Source of the DNA: a virus
Strand: one strand, 5' to 3'
Length of the DNA stretch: 64,000 nucleotides
IMG/VR virus record: IMGVR_UViG_3300020421_001669
Span: 97,407 to 161,406 of that record
In this document: positions 9,872 through 19,969 of the stretch, one piece after another
Layout: each line of letters opens with the position of its first letter
Position numbering within the stretch: the stretch's first letter is position 1
The notes under the pieces: generated by a model
What the model was told of the DNA's origin: nothing
Database searches by the model: none
Seen by the model: the letters and a program-made list of their open reading frames with translations, nothing else
Translations under genes and position numbers: made by a program

Positions 9872-10342
9872 ATGGCAGATATAAAGAAAATTCTTGACGG
9901 TGAGGAATTCGTAGTTCAACCCCCCGAAGAATTAAAACTAGAAGAACAAACAGTCAATCCAAAATTAATGGGTGACGATGAACTATATGATGAAGACTTA
10001 GATGCTGAAACTGTCAAGGCACTATCACATGCTTTAGAACTTGACTATATTGAGAAGTGGAAAGTCTTTGCTCAAATGAAACTCCTAGAAAGAAATTTTG
10101 CAGTCGCTGAAGCGGCGAGGGTTGTTTTGCGTGACCAGTTAATTAAAGCAAATGCCAATGTACAAATTCTTCTGAGAAACTATGAAGAAAAGAAGATTGG
10201 TTTAGACCACGAGATAAAGCAAAAGTTGAAAGTTCAAGAAGAACTCAAGACAGTTCGTGCTGAGTTAAGGTCGCTTAAAAAAACTAAAGACATTTCCGAA
10301 GCGAAAAGCGCTAAAAATAAATCCGAGCCAAAAAACGCCTAG
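9872..10342 (+). CDS. Coiled-coil hypothetical protein
   Basis: GAGGT SD; heptad pattern. Confidence 0.75.
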   Translation: MADIKKILDGEEFVVQPPEELKLEEQTVNPKLMGDDELYDEDLDAETVKALSHALELDYIEKWKVFAQMKLLERNFAVAEAARVVLRDQLIKANANVQILLRNYEEKKIGLDHEIKQKLKVQEELKTVRAELRSLKKTKDISEAKSAKNKSEPKNA

Positions 10343-10351
10343 CTGGTTTTT

Positions 10352-10359
10352 TATAAATA
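10352..10359 (+). promoter_or_regulatory. T4-type late promoter
   Basis: TATAAATA. Confidence 0.8.
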
Positions 10360-10392
10360 GTGGGAAACAGATGTTTATGGAAGAAGCAATTA

Positions 10393-11646
10393 ATGGTCGG
10401 ATTTTTATCATATCTAAACGAAGATGCACAGGGGAAAAACCTACATCTTGAACACCTAGAAGACGAAATTCTTAATTTCGGAATAGGTGGAGCTCGTGGT
10501 GCAATTAATTTCCTACAGTCATTAAGAGATATGCTGTCGGGAAGTTCTCGTTCATCTGTAAACATGACAGTCAAGTGGGATGGCGCACCCGCTATATTTG
10601 CTGGTATAGACCCCAGTGATGGTAAATTCTTTGTTGCTAAGAAAGGTGTATTCAACAAGACACCACTATTATATAAGTCCACGCAAGAGATAAACAAAGA
10701 TAGTAAATTACCACAAGCACTAAAACCCGCCTTTATAATCGCATTACAAGAATTTAGTAAACTCGGAATCAAGGGTGTATTACAGGGTGACTTAATGTTC
10801 ACTTCTGGTTCACTTGAGTCCGAGACCATTGATGGTGAAAGATACACCACATTCCAACCAAATACAATAGTCTATGCTGTTCCTAAAATGTCAGAACTGG
10901 AACAGAAAATCAAAGCGGCTAAAATTGGTGTGGTATGGCACACTACATATACTGGTAACACACTAGAGAGTATGAAGGCATCTTTTGGTGTAAACATTAG
11001 TGGTCTCAGAAAATCAAAAAATGTCTGGATGGATGATGCTAGTTATAGAGATACTAGTGGAACTTCTACATTCACAAAAGCAGAAACCGCCGCTGTAACC
11101 ACGAAGTTGGCTAACTGTGGTAGGATATTTCAGAAAATAAATTCAGCACAATTAAGCAGTTTCTTAAAATTTCAAGCTGGGTTTACGGGCAAAATGGTTG
11201 GCGCCAACATCAAAACATATAACAATTCAAAAGTAAAAGTTGGTGCGAAGATATCAAATGTCGCTGGACATGTGTCTGGATATGCAAAATGGGTAGAAGA
11301 CAAATTTGATTCAGAGATAAATAAGTTAAAGACGGAGAAATCTAAAAGTCAACTAGAAAAAAGAAAGACTGAAACTCTAAGAGAACTATCTAAGTATAGT
11401 GTTCTTCTTACAAATGTCATCAATTTTCAGAACTCTATGGTAGAGGCGAAAATGATAATCGTTAGTAAATTAAATAGAGTAAAACAGTTAATGGATACCT
11501 TTGTTAGAACCAAACAGGGATTTAAAGTTACAAATCCAGAAGGATATGTTGCTATAGATAGGGTTTCTGGTAACGCGGTCAAACTAGTAGACAGAATGGA
11601 ATTCAGTTATAATAATTTTACAGCAATTAAGGCGTGGGATAGATGA
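10393..11646 (+). CDS. DUF6267-like protein with ATP-dependent ligase/nucleotidyltransferase-like motifs
   Basis: NLHLEHLED, TVKWDGAPA (KxDG), LQGDL, PEGYV, AVKLVDR. Confidence 0.7.
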   Translation: MVGFLSYLNEDAQGKNLHLEHLEDEILNFGIGGARGAINFLQSLRDMLSGSSRSSVNMTVKWDGAPAIFAGIDPSDGKFFVAKKGVFNKTPLLYKSTQEINKDSKLPQALKPAFIIALQEFSKLGIKGVLQGDLMFTSGSLESETIDGERYTTFQPNTIVYAVPKMSELEQKIKAAKIGVVWHTTYTGNTLESMKASFGVNISGLRKSKNVWMDDASYRDTSGTSTFTKAETAAVTTKLANCGRIFQKINSAQLSSFLKFQAGFTGKMVGANIKTYNNSKVKVGAKISNVAGHVSGYAKWVEDKFDSEINKLKTEKSKSQLEKRKTETLRELSKYSVLLTNVINFQNSMVEAKMIIVSKLNRVKQLMDTFVRTKQGFKVTNPEGYVAIDRVSGNAVKLVDRMEFSYNNFTAIKAWDR

Positions 11647-12230
11647 AAACATTAGTATATGCATTTGGTAGGATGAACCCACCCACGGCGGGACACGGAA
11701 AACTTATCCAGAAAGTAAAACAACTTGCTCAAAGAGAAAGAGCAGACCATCTTATTGTAGTCAGTCACAGTCAAGATAAAATTAAAAACCCACTGACACC
11801 ACAAAGAAAGGTTGCACATCTCAAAAAGATGTTTCCACAAACAAAATTTAAAGCATCTGATAGAGTCAACCCGAATTTTATCAAACAACTTGGATTACTT
11901 ACAGGTAAATATGATAAAGTTATCATGGTTGCTGGTTCAGATAGGGTTCAAGAATTCCAAAGAATATTGGACAGGTACAACGGTAAAGATTTTAAATTTG
12001 ATGAAATAGATGTTATCTCTGCTGGTGCAAGAGACCCAGACGCGGAAGGCGTAACTGGTATAAGTGCTAGTAAAATGAGACTATTTGTCAAGAACAATGA
12101 TTTTAACTCCTTCAAACGAGGACTGCCCGCTGGATATAGTGGGTCTCAAGCTTTGTTTAATGATGTGAAGAAGGGAATGGAGTTGAAAGAAGGAAACTAC
12201 AACACTTTTTCACAGTTTTTAAGAGGATAA
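11643..12230 (+). CDS. Cytidylyltransferase-family (HxGH-type) nucleotidyltransferase
   Basis: FGRMNPPTAGH, AGSDR, ISASKMR. Confidence 0.85.
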   Translation: MKTLVYAFGRMNPPTAGHGKLIQKVKQLAQRERADHLIVVSHSQDKIKNPLTPQRKVAHLKKMFPQTKFKASDRVNPNFIKQLGLLTGKYDKVIMVAGSDRVQEFQRILDRYNGKDFKFDEIDVISAGARDPDAEGVTGISASKMRLFVKNNDFNSFKRGLPAGYSGSQALFNDVKKGMELKEGNYNTFSQFLRG

Positions 12231-12233
12231 CTT

Positions 12234-12938
12234 ATGTCAAAATATTTAAAGGGTTTATTACCCACAACAGGATTGGAGTTCGACCCTAGTTCGGCACCTC
12301 ATGGATACGCAGACGAAACTTCTAGTGGGGATGCTGCTTTACCAGATATTGATTTTCCAAATGGGAAATGGGGAATGTTTGGATTAAAATCAAGTGGGCC
12401 TGGCATCAGTGAACCAACTGATTTACCAGATGAATACTATGAAGAAGTCGCTGAAAGAGAAGAACTTCTCGAACAACTAAAAGAGGATGAGGGAGTAAAA
12501 TATGAAGTCTATCTTGACCATCTTGGGTACGCCACCTGTGGTATCGGTCACCTCATTAAACCAGAAGATGCCGAAGCGAAACTCGACATTGGAGATGAAG
12601 TCTCAGAAGAAAGAGTCATCGAACTCTTCAAACAAGATATCGGAATTGCCTGCCGAGACGCCGTTAATCTATACGGCTGGTCTGGATTTTGTGAATGGCC
12701 CGAGGAAGTCCAAAATATCCTTATTAATATGATTTTTAATTTGGGTATGACTAGACTCAGCAAGTTTAAAAACATGCATAGGGCATTAGAACAACAGAAC
12801 TGGAAACAAGCAGCTATCGAAGGACGCGATAGTAAATGGCACAAACAAGTTACTAACAGGGCAGAAAGATTGATGTCCAAACTAGAAACAATTCCAAACA
12901 TTGTCCGTCAATCGGGCCCGATTGGAATTGTTGGTTAA
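12234..12938 (+). CDS. T4-lysozyme-like muramidase (GH24) with acidic N-terminal extension
   Basis: EDEG...YLDHLGYATCGIGH (E-D-T triad); NMIFNLG; SKWHKQVTNRAERL. Confidence 0.9.
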   Translation: MSKYLKGLLPTTGLEFDPSSAPHGYADETSSGDAALPDIDFPNGKWGMFGLKSSGPGISEPTDLPDEYYEEVAEREELLEQLKEDEGVKYEVYLDHLGYATCGIGHLIKPEDAEAKLDIGDEVSEERVIELFKQDIGIACRDAVNLYGWSGFCEWPEEVQNILINMIFNLGMTRLSKFKNMHRALEQQNWKQAAIEGRDSKWHKQVTNRAERLMSKLETIPNIVRQSGPIGIVG

Positions 12939-12958
12939 TTAAAGGAAAGGAGACCCAA

Positions 12959-13543
12959 ATGTTGCAAGTCATTTTAGACCTTGCGGTTACCTTCTGGATG
13001 TGGACTATTCTAATCGCCATCATCCTAGTAGGCTGGATTATTGATAGATTAGATATGAGACAAAAAACGAATTTGACATTTACCATGAAGGAAATGCCAC
13101 AATTAAGACCGATTGTCATAGAGACAAAAGGAAAAGGTTTTTGGAAATCAATGTTACATTGGTTTTTATCAACTAGAAATTGGGAAGTTACCAAAGACTG
13201 GCACTATACAATAGATGATATTGAGTATGTGATTCCAAAAGGATTCCAGTTTGATGGTGCTAGTATACCTAAATTTTTAAGAACTTTTTTCTCGCCAGTA
13301 GGCATTATGTTAGTCGGTGGGTTGGTTCATGATTATGGATATAAGTATGAAACCTTATTACTAAAAGGTAAAAAGGATACTATCGGAACCAAAAATCAAA
13401 AATTTATGGATGAGGTTTTCAAAGATATTAATATCAATGTAAATGGGTTTTATCTATTCAATATACTCTCTTATTGGTCATTGCGACTGGCAGGGTTTAT
13501 TGCGTGGAACGGACACAGAAAAAGAAATCTCTCCCCAGTATAA
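12959..13543 (+). CDS. DUF1353-like protein with N-terminal TM
   Basis: IPKGFQFDGASIP...VHDYGY. Confidence 0.75.
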   Translation: MLQVILDLAVTFWMWTILIAIILVGWIIDRLDMRQKTNLTFTMKEMPQLRPIVIETKGKGFWKSMLHWFLSTRNWEVTKDWHYTIDDIEYVIPKGFQFDGASIPKFLRTFFSPVGIMLVGGLVHDYGYKYETLLLKGKKDTIGTKNQKFMDEVFKDININVNGFYLFNILSYWSLRLAGFIAWNGHRKRNLSPV

Positions 13544-13552
13544 TATCAAGGA

Positions 13553-13774
13553 GTGAAAATGAATGAGAAGATTCTCATAGAACATTATTCAAAGAAACTT
13601 GCAGAACTAAACGAATTATTGGATAGTGGTATGTTAAGTTTCTCGGAGTATGATGAATTAGTGAAAGATTTTAGAGATGTAAGGGCAATTGAGTCCGATA
13701 TTGAGGATATTAAGTTAAAAGTATTCGCTGGTGCGGTGGTATCTAGCCTCTCGCCCCAAATTAAATCTTTATAA
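13553..13774 (+). CDS. Hypothetical protein
   Basis: ORF with AGGAG SD. Confidence 0.65.
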   Translation: MKMNEKILIEHYSKKLAELNELLDSGMLSFSEYDELVKDFRDVRAIESDIEDIKLKVFAGAVVSSLSPQIKSL

Positions 13775-13777
13775 ATA
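13770..13777 (+). promoter_or_regulatory. T4-type late promoter
   Basis: TATAAATA. Confidence 0.8.
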
Positions 13778-13785
13778 GTCATACT

Positions 13786-16092
13786 ATGGAAAAGACTTTT
13801 GCAGACTTTGTAGATATACCAGAGCTTGAAGAAGGTGTCAATGACCCTGCTATCTTCAAAGCAGTTTTCCTTGCCGGCGGGCCTGGGTCTGGTAAGTCTT
13901 TCATGGTTGGACAAACAGGTCTAACTGGATTGGGTTTCAAGATAGTCAACTCTGACACGGCATTTGAGATGGCCATCAAAAAAGAATTCTCAGATAAAAT
14001 ATCACCCATGTCTCCCGAAAATATTTTTTCACTCAAAGGTCAATCTCTCAGAGACCGCGCTAAATTTACAACACAAAAAAGAAAAGATGGATATCTTGCT
14101 GGTAGACTTGGATTAGTTATTGACGGTACTGGTAGAGAGTACGACAAAATATCAAAACAAAAAGCAGAACTAGAAAAACTGGGATATGAAACTGCCATGA
14201 TAATGGTAAATACATCCCTACAAACTGCTGTTGGCAGAGACCAAGCAAGAGACAGGACATTGGGTAAGGCCGCTATCACTCCAATGTGGAAAGCAGTTCA
14301 ACAAAACATTGGTAAATTTTCAAACCTTTTTAAACAGAATTTTTATATTGTAGATAATTCAGATGGTGCCGACTTTAAAAAGGGTGCGTTGTCTGTATAT
14401 AGAAGTCTTATGTCTTGGTCAAAGAGACCACCACAAGACAGACGGGCGAAGGCATGGATTAAAGACCAGAAACAACAACGCAATATTAAAGAGGAATTAC
14501 CACCACATTTAAAAAGACATTTCGATAAGAAAGGAAATGTAATCAAGGGTACATGGAAGGATGGTAAGTGGAGTCCAAATAAGAAACAACCAAAAATAAA
14601 AACCACTATCAAGGATGTGACACCAAAAGGATATGGCCCAACCGAAGATATCAAGAACATGGATATGGGTGATGTCATCAAAGATTTTTACAAGAGTGAT
14701 GCACCTCAGTTCAAAGGCAAATCCAAGAAGAAACGCAGAGAGATGGCGATTGCCGCTAAACTTTCCACTGAAGGAGTTTTTGACAGGGATTCCAAATCAA
14801 ACTCTTTCAACAGAACTAAGTCTAAAACCACAAAAGTAAAATTGGGTACTAAGGGTGGTAAACCAGTATACGGAAAATCTACTGCACCACAAGGATTCCC
14901 AAAACTATCTAGTGAAGAAAGAGCTCAAATGGCAATGGAAGATTTACGCAAGTGGTTTGGTAAAGGCCCAAAAGGTGATTGGGTTCGCGTAGGTACAGAC
15001 GGTGAAATTAAAGGAGATTGTGCAAGAGAGCCTGGCGAAGGTAAACCAAAGTGTATGCCTCGTTCAAAAGCTCACAGTATGTCTAAAGATGACAGAGCAA
15101 CATCTGCCAGAAGAAAACGCAGAAAAGACCCAGTTGCAGACAGAAAGGGTAAAGGTGGAAAACCAGTTATGGTTAAAACCGATGTCAAAGAAGATGTCCA
15201 AATTAGTAGGTACGAATGGGGTAGACCAGATGGTACTGCTTATATGAAAGCATTAACGCCTGGCGAGCCTGGAAAAACTACTAAAAAGAACAGGTCTAAT
15301 GGAAATAAGAAACATTACAAAGCAGTAATGGAAGCAGGAGATACAGAAGAATTAAAATCAATAGCATCTGCAACCCATGACCAAATGCACAAAGATGTAG
15401 ATGGGACTCAAGATGACTTTGAGGGAATTATCACTCTTGATACCATTGATAACGATTGGACTGCAATATTCACGGAACCAGAAATAGAAGCACTTGAACA
15501 CGAAGTTGATGAATTATCTTTTGAAGATATGATGGGTCTGGGAATGTATGACGAAGACGAATTAGAAGATTTTGAGGCATTTGACCAAGATATAGACTGG
15601 CACGATGAAGTACAAATAACTGAAGTTCTATCCATTCAAGGTAGAATGAAAAGACGATTCGCTGCTAGAAGAAACAGACAAAAACTCAAAGTTGCTCGTA
15701 TGAGAGCCGCGAGGAGGGCAGCTGACCCAACTAGATTGAAGAGGCGTGCTACTCGTGGTGCAAGAAATATGTTGAAGAACAGGATTGCGAGAGGTAGGGA
15801 TTTAAGTGCATTGCCACCTGCTGAGAAGGCTCGTATTGAAGGTATGGTTATGAGATTTTCTGGATTAGTATCTAGGATTGCTCAGAGAATGATACCTATT
15901 GTTCGTAAGAACGAAATGAAAAGATTGAAATCTGGTTCAAGACAGAAATCCCAGAAGGCGAAGAAGTATAATCCAAAGAAAGCATTGGCTTCTGCTTCAA
16001 AACAGAAGGGTAAAAAGTTTAAGGCAAGTAAAAAAACATTTGCTAAACCAAAATTAGCAAGTAAACCAAAGGCGGCGAAGAAAACGAAATGA
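13786..16092 (+). CDS. Multi-module late protein: N-terminal P-loop kinase (AAA_33/zeta-like) plus short basic modules; probable internal head polyprotein
   Basis: FLAGGPGSGKS, VIDGTG; MEKTFADF start; modules separated by xxE linkers; very basic C-terminus. Confidence 0.7.
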   Translation: MEKTFADFVDIPELEEGVNDPAIFKAVFLAGGPGSGKSFMVGQTGLTGLGFKIVNSDTAFEMAIKKEFSDKISPMSPENIFSLKGQSLRDRAKFTTQKRKDGYLAGRLGLVIDGTGREYDKISKQKAELEKLGYETAMIMVNTSLQTAVGRDQARDRTLGKAAITPMWKAVQQNIGKFSNLFKQNFYIVDNSDGADFKKGALSVYRSLMSWSKRPPQDRRAKAWIKDQKQQRNIKEELPPHLKRHFDKKGNVIKGTWKDGKWSPNKKQPKIKTTIKDVTPKGYGPTEDIKNMDMGDVIKDFYKSDAPQFKGKSKKKRREMAIAAKLSTEGVFDRDSKSNSFNRTKSKTTKVKLGTKGGKPVYGKSTAPQGFPKLSSEERAQMAMEDLRKWFGKGPKGDWVRVGTDGEIKGDCAREPGEGKPKCMPRSKAHSMSKDDRATSARRKRRKDPVADRKGKGGKPVMVKTDVKEDVQISRYEWGRPDGTAYMKALTPGEPGKTTKKNRSNGNKKHYKAVMEAGDTEELKSIASATHDQMHKDVDGTQDDFEGIITLDTIDNDWTAIFTEPEIEALEHEVDELSFEDMMGLGMYDEDELEDFEAFDQDIDWHDEVQITEVLSIQGRMKRRFAARRNRQKLKVARMRAARRAADPTRLKRRATRGARNMLKNRIARGRDLSALPPAEKARIEGMVMRFSGLVSRIAQRMIPIVRKNEMKRLKSGSRQKSQKAKKYNPKKALASASKQKGKKFKASKKTFAKPKLASKPKAAKKTK

Positions 16093-16565
16093 TTACATTC
16101 AAACAACTATTAGAAAAAAATGTACCGACCAATCCAAAGTTATGGTCTAAATTTAAATCACAAGCAAAATCAAAGTTTGATGTCTATCCTTCAGCATATG
16201 CGAATGGATGGGCTGCTAAACAGTACAAGAAAGCTGGTGGTGGATGGAAGACTGTATCTGAATCTTTATCTGAAGAGACTGGCGAAGAAATCACTATTAT
16301 TACAGAAGAAGGTGAAAAGAAAAAAGTCAAATTAGGTAAAGTCCAGAGAGGTGGTAGTAAGAAATTTTATGTACATGTCAAGAACGATAAAGGCAATGTT
16401 GTCAAAGTATCGTTTGGAGACCCAAATATGGAAATCAAACGAGATGACCCAGAACGCAGAAAGTCATTTCGTGCAAGGCACAATTGTGACAATCCAGGCC
16501 CTCGCTGGAAAGCAAGATACTGGAGTTGTAAGCAATGGAGGGCCGGTTCCAAAGTAGAGGATTAG
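16089..16565 (+). CDS. Two-module basic late protein (DUF6321-like C-terminus)
   Basis: MITFKQLLE start; YPSAYANGW module; KVSFGDP...SFRARHNC...ARYWSC module. Confidence 0.7.
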   Translation: MITFKQLLEKNVPTNPKLWSKFKSQAKSKFDVYPSAYANGWAAKQYKKAGGGWKTVSESLSEETGEEITIITEEGEKKKVKLGKVQRGGSKKFYVHVKNDKGNVVKVSFGDPNMEIKRDDPERRKSFRARHNCDNPGPRWKARYWSCKQWRAGSKVED

Positions 16566-16566
16566 T

Positions 16567-16806
16567 ATGATTGAGTGGTTAAAGCGGTTACTTTACGAAG
16601 AGTGGGAGATAACAATTTTCTATCCCGCTGAGACAAGAGTATTAGCAGATGGAACCAGAGTCGAAAGTTTGAAACCAAAAACATATAGGGCGAAAGCTTT
16701 AAAAAAGATATCGGAAAAACATTTTAAGTTCGTTGATACTGAAGGTGTATTGCACGAAATTAGAGTGGTAAGTCCTGTAGGATATGATATCAAGAAGGTT
16801 TACTAA
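16567..16806 (+). CDS. Hypothetical protein
   Basis: ORF with GAGGA SD. Confidence 0.7.
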   Translation: MIEWLKRLLYEEWEITIFYPAETRVLADGTRVESLKPKTYRAKALKKISEKHFKFVDTEGVLHEIRVVSPVGYDIKKVY

Positions 16807-16846
16807 TATTATGTTCCTGTGATTGGAATCCCTAGCACTTGAACTT

Positions 16847-16854
16847 TATAAATA
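16847..16854 (+). promoter_or_regulatory. T4-type late promoter
   Basis: TATAAATA. Confidence 0.8.
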
Positions 16855-16888
16855 ATACCTATAAACAAATTTATATTGGAGACACCAA

Positions 16889-18817
16889 ATGTCCAGCAGA
16901 TTAGACAGAATAATTAGGGAAGTTCTTGAAGGCGGAGAAAGTACCCTATTAGAAGCGGATATGTCAAGAAGACTTGATATGCTCGTAAGACAGGGATTAA
17001 TGCCTGCATCACAATTACCCATTTTAAAACGCGGTTTAGAGAAATTCAATCAAGGTAAAGTGCCTGCGCCGAATGAAAGAAACGCGGTCAACACACTATT
17101 GAACGGTATGATGTTCATCGTACTAGGTGACGATACTGTATTCAATAGAGCAAGAACCTCTGTACAACAGAAGAAATATCAAACAGAAGAAGAGAAAAAA
17201 GATTACGATTCTGATAAAGAACACACTATGGATCCTACTAGTCATGTCAAGAAAGAGGGTGAGAAGTTCTGCGTATATGATATGAAAGGTAAGAAAGTTG
17301 CTAGTTTTGAGACAAAAGACGAAGCAGATGCATATGCTAAAAAGAATCACGATGACCTCATGAACGAAGAACTAGAAGAAAACAGAGCAGCTTTCTCAGG
17401 CGCTGCTGACAGAAATAGACTTCTAAAAAAATTACAAAAAACTGGTAAGGTCGCTGATGAAATTGGTGAACCAAAAAAACGAGCGGCCGCCAAAAAAGAA
17501 CTTCCTAAAATAATGAAACAGTTGGACACAGGAATTAGGGAAGAAGAACAACTAGACGAGTACGGTGCAATGTCAAGTGATAAGGCATCACATAATACTG
17601 GTGGATTCAGAATTTCAAATAAAGACGCAGCTGCTGCTAAAGAAAGAGCAAAGAAAAAGAGTGCAGAGAAACGCGACAAGTTATCAAATATAATCAAAAA
17701 GAACACCATTCAGAAAGGGCCTATGAAAGGTTACATGACGGATGAAGTTAATCAAGGGGAAGAAAAAATGGATATTGATTGGACAAAAAATCCTTTCGCT
17801 CAAGCAAAAGCCATAGAGGAAGGTAAATTTAAGGATATGGCTACTAGGGCATCCGAAGACGAAAGACTCAAGGCAGAGAAAAAAGCTAAAAGACTTTCTG
17901 ATAAGAAGGGTAGAGAAGAAAAAGAAACTGACCCAGGCTTGAAGACTGAAGGTGTTGCTAAGAATACTCTTGATATCTATCAGGCTGCTAAAGACTCGAA
18001 AGATAAAAAATCTCTCAAGTCTATGGAAAAACAGATGGACAAGGCAGTTGATAAAGCAAACGCTAAACTCAAGGAAGAACTAGAAGGACTACCAGAGTTA
18101 GATGCAATGGACTATGAGATGTGGGAAGCATATCAGTCCCCTACAAAGAACAACTACACCGACAAGGAACTTAGACAGGCGAAAGGTATCGCATTTGATA
18201 AGAGATACAAAGGCGGTAACATGACAGGTGCTGCTAAGGCAATGGAGAAAATCAAGAAAGGTTTATCCGACCATCCTGTTGCTTCTAAAGCATTAAGAAA
18301 AGCAAACGAAGAGAACATGAAAGATGAGTGGTTGGACTTGTTTGATGGTGTAGAAGATTTCAATGAAATTATGGAGATGTCTTACAAAGAGAAGTTTACT
18401 TCTATGTTGAAGAAGACAGGTAAATCTCTTGCTGGTATGTCACCAGAAGAGAAGAAGAAATTCTTTAACAAAGTAGATGGCGCCCACGATGCAGTAAACG
18501 AGAACAAAGCATTTAGAGATGCTGCTAGGGATTACTCAAAAGATGATAAAAGAGGTATGGCACCCTTAAAGAAGGATGCACCTAAAGTATCAGACGCGAA
18601 GAACGCCAAAGAAATCGAACATATCGTTCCTCAAATGAGGAAAGCTATTTCAGTAGGTAAGAAAGTACAATTCAAAGATGGTAAACATCACACAGTTTCC
18701 AAGGCACACGCCGCTAAATTCTTGAATAAATACATGAGTGGCAAACCTGCTGATAAAGAAAAAATGCAATCGCATGCCCACGCAAGTCATAAGAACTTTA
18801 TGGATCATGCAAAATAG
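16889..18817 (+). CDS. Highly charged modular late protein, probable internal head/core polyprotein
   Basis: Lys/Glu-rich; repeated (L/I/M)xE(E) linkers between basic modules. Confidence 0.65.
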   Translation: MSSRLDRIIREVLEGGESTLLEADMSRRLDMLVRQGLMPASQLPILKRGLEKFNQGKVPAPNERNAVNTLLNGMMFIVLGDDTVFNRARTSVQQKKYQTEEEKKDYDSDKEHTMDPTSHVKKEGEKFCVYDMKGKKVASFETKDEADAYAKKNHDDLMNEELEENRAAFSGAADRNRLLKKLQKTGKVADEIGEPKKRAAAKKELPKIMKQLDTGIREEEQLDEYGAMSSDKASHNTGGFRISNKDAAAAKERAKKKSAEKRDKLSNIIKKNTIQKGPMKGYMTDEVNQGEEKMDIDWTKNPFAQAKAIEEGKFKDMATRASEDERLKAEKKAKRLSDKKGREEKETDPGLKTEGVAKNTLDIYQAAKDSKDKKSLKSMEKQMDKAVDKANAKLKEELEGLPELDAMDYEMWEAYQSPTKNNYTDKELRQAKGIAFDKRYKGGNMTGAAKAMEKIKKGLSDHPVASKALRKANEENMKDEWLDLFDGVEDFNEIMEMSYKEKFTSMLKKTGKSLAGMSPEEKKKFFNKVDGAHDAVNENKAFRDAARDYSKDDKRGMAPLKKDAPKVSDAKNAKEIEHIVPQMRKAISVGKKVQFKDGKHHTVSKAHAAKFLNKYMSGKPADKEKMQSHAHASHKNFMDHAK

Positions 18818-18850
18818 TTTTAATAACCAAAAACACATAGGAGAGAAAAA

Positions 18851-19441
18851 ATGAGTGGATGGGGAGCAACTGATTCAGACGAATCAAAACCAAAGTGGTT
18901 AACAGCAGACCAAAAAGAAGATGTCTTTGCTAACTCTAGTGGTTGGGTTGTAAAAGCTGGGTCAACTATGACAGGAAATGGCAATACAAGTGCCACTCCA
19001 GAAGTTTTAGTTGCACTTGGTTCACTTGCGACTTCACTAGGACAAGCAACTATTGATGCTGTAGATTTTGTAAGCACAGCGTTTGATGTTTCAGACGGAG
19101 GCGTAATTTCAGCTGAAGTCAGTTACAACGAACAAGTAACCGTAGCAACAGCATTCCCGCTGTTAGTTTTAACAAACAACCAAGCGGGTGGTGGTTCAGC
19201 AGCTAGTGTTACACTAACAATGGATGGAACTTTACCAGTAACTTCTGATAAACTTACATTTAGTGTTACAATAGGTGCTGGTGGTTCAACAATTGTTGCA
19301 GACGATGTACTTTCAATTGGAGCACAATCACTTAACCTCAACGGCGGTACAATCGTTGACACAATCGGTGGTGGAAATGCAGAAAGAGCAATCACAGCTG
19401 CACAGGGAACTGCTGGTGGAACACTAACCGCAACTGCATAA
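18851..19441 (+). CDS. Putative virion structural protein
   Basis: MSGWGATD...KPKWL start; Thr/Ala/Gly-rich beta-type composition. Confidence 0.6.
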   Translation: MSGWGATDSDESKPKWLTADQKEDVFANSSGWVVKAGSTMTGNGNTSATPEVLVALGSLATSLGQATIDAVDFVSTAFDVSDGGVISAEVSYNEQVTVATAFPLLVLTNNQAGGGSAASVTLTMDGTLPVTSDKLTFSVTIGAGGSTIVADDVLSIGAQSLNLNGGTIVDTIGGGNAERAITAAQGTAGGTLTATA

Positions 19442-19452
19442 GGAGATAAAGC

Positions 19453-19503
19453 ATGTGTAAATGTTGCAAGTGTTGTACATGTACATGCCCAGAGTGTAAC
19501 TAA
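19453..19503 (+). CDS. Cys-rich micropeptide MCKCCKCCTCTCPECN (not in ORF track)
   Basis: AGGAG SD 7 nt upstream; 8 of 16 residues are Cys; stop overlaps the next start (TAATG). Confidence 0.65.
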   Translation: MCKCCKCCTCTCPECN

Positions 19504-19949
19504 TGGCTGATAGTAAACTTTCAGAATTAACGGCAGCTACATCTGTAGCTGCCGCTGACACCTTTTATCTAGTACAAAGTTCTACTAGTAAAGGTGTGAC
19601 AGCTGCAAATCTATTCGCTGATGTGGCGACACCTGTATCTTTTTCAGATAAGGTATCAATCGCGGATGTGGATACAGTAACAGGGCCAGGCGCAGTCTCA
19701 GTCGCAACGAATGTGACTAGATTGACAAACCCAGGCACAGGTGGTACACTAACCATTGGTGCTGGTACAGAAGGTCAATTGAAAATTATTGTTATGGATG
19801 GCAATTCTAGTGCGGTAACACTGACACTAGATGATTCAGACTTGGGTCACGACACCATTACATTCAATAATGCTGGTGATACGGCAACCCTCATATATAC
19901 TAATAGTAAATGGTGGATGATAGGGGGAACTGCTACAGTTGCCAATTAG
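19503..19949 (+). CDS. Putative virion structural / fibre protein
   Basis: MADSKLSELTAAT start, seen in fibre-type proteins; Thr/Gly-rich. Confidence 0.6.
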   Translation: MADSKLSELTAATSVAAADTFYLVQSSTSKGVTAANLFADVATPVSFSDKVSIADVDTVTGPGAVSVATNVTRLTNPGTGGTLTIGAGTEGQLKIIVMDGNSSAVTLTLDDSDLGHDTITFNNAGDTATLIYTNSKWWMIGGTATVAN

Positions 19950-19969
19950 ATAATAAAAAGATTTTATGA

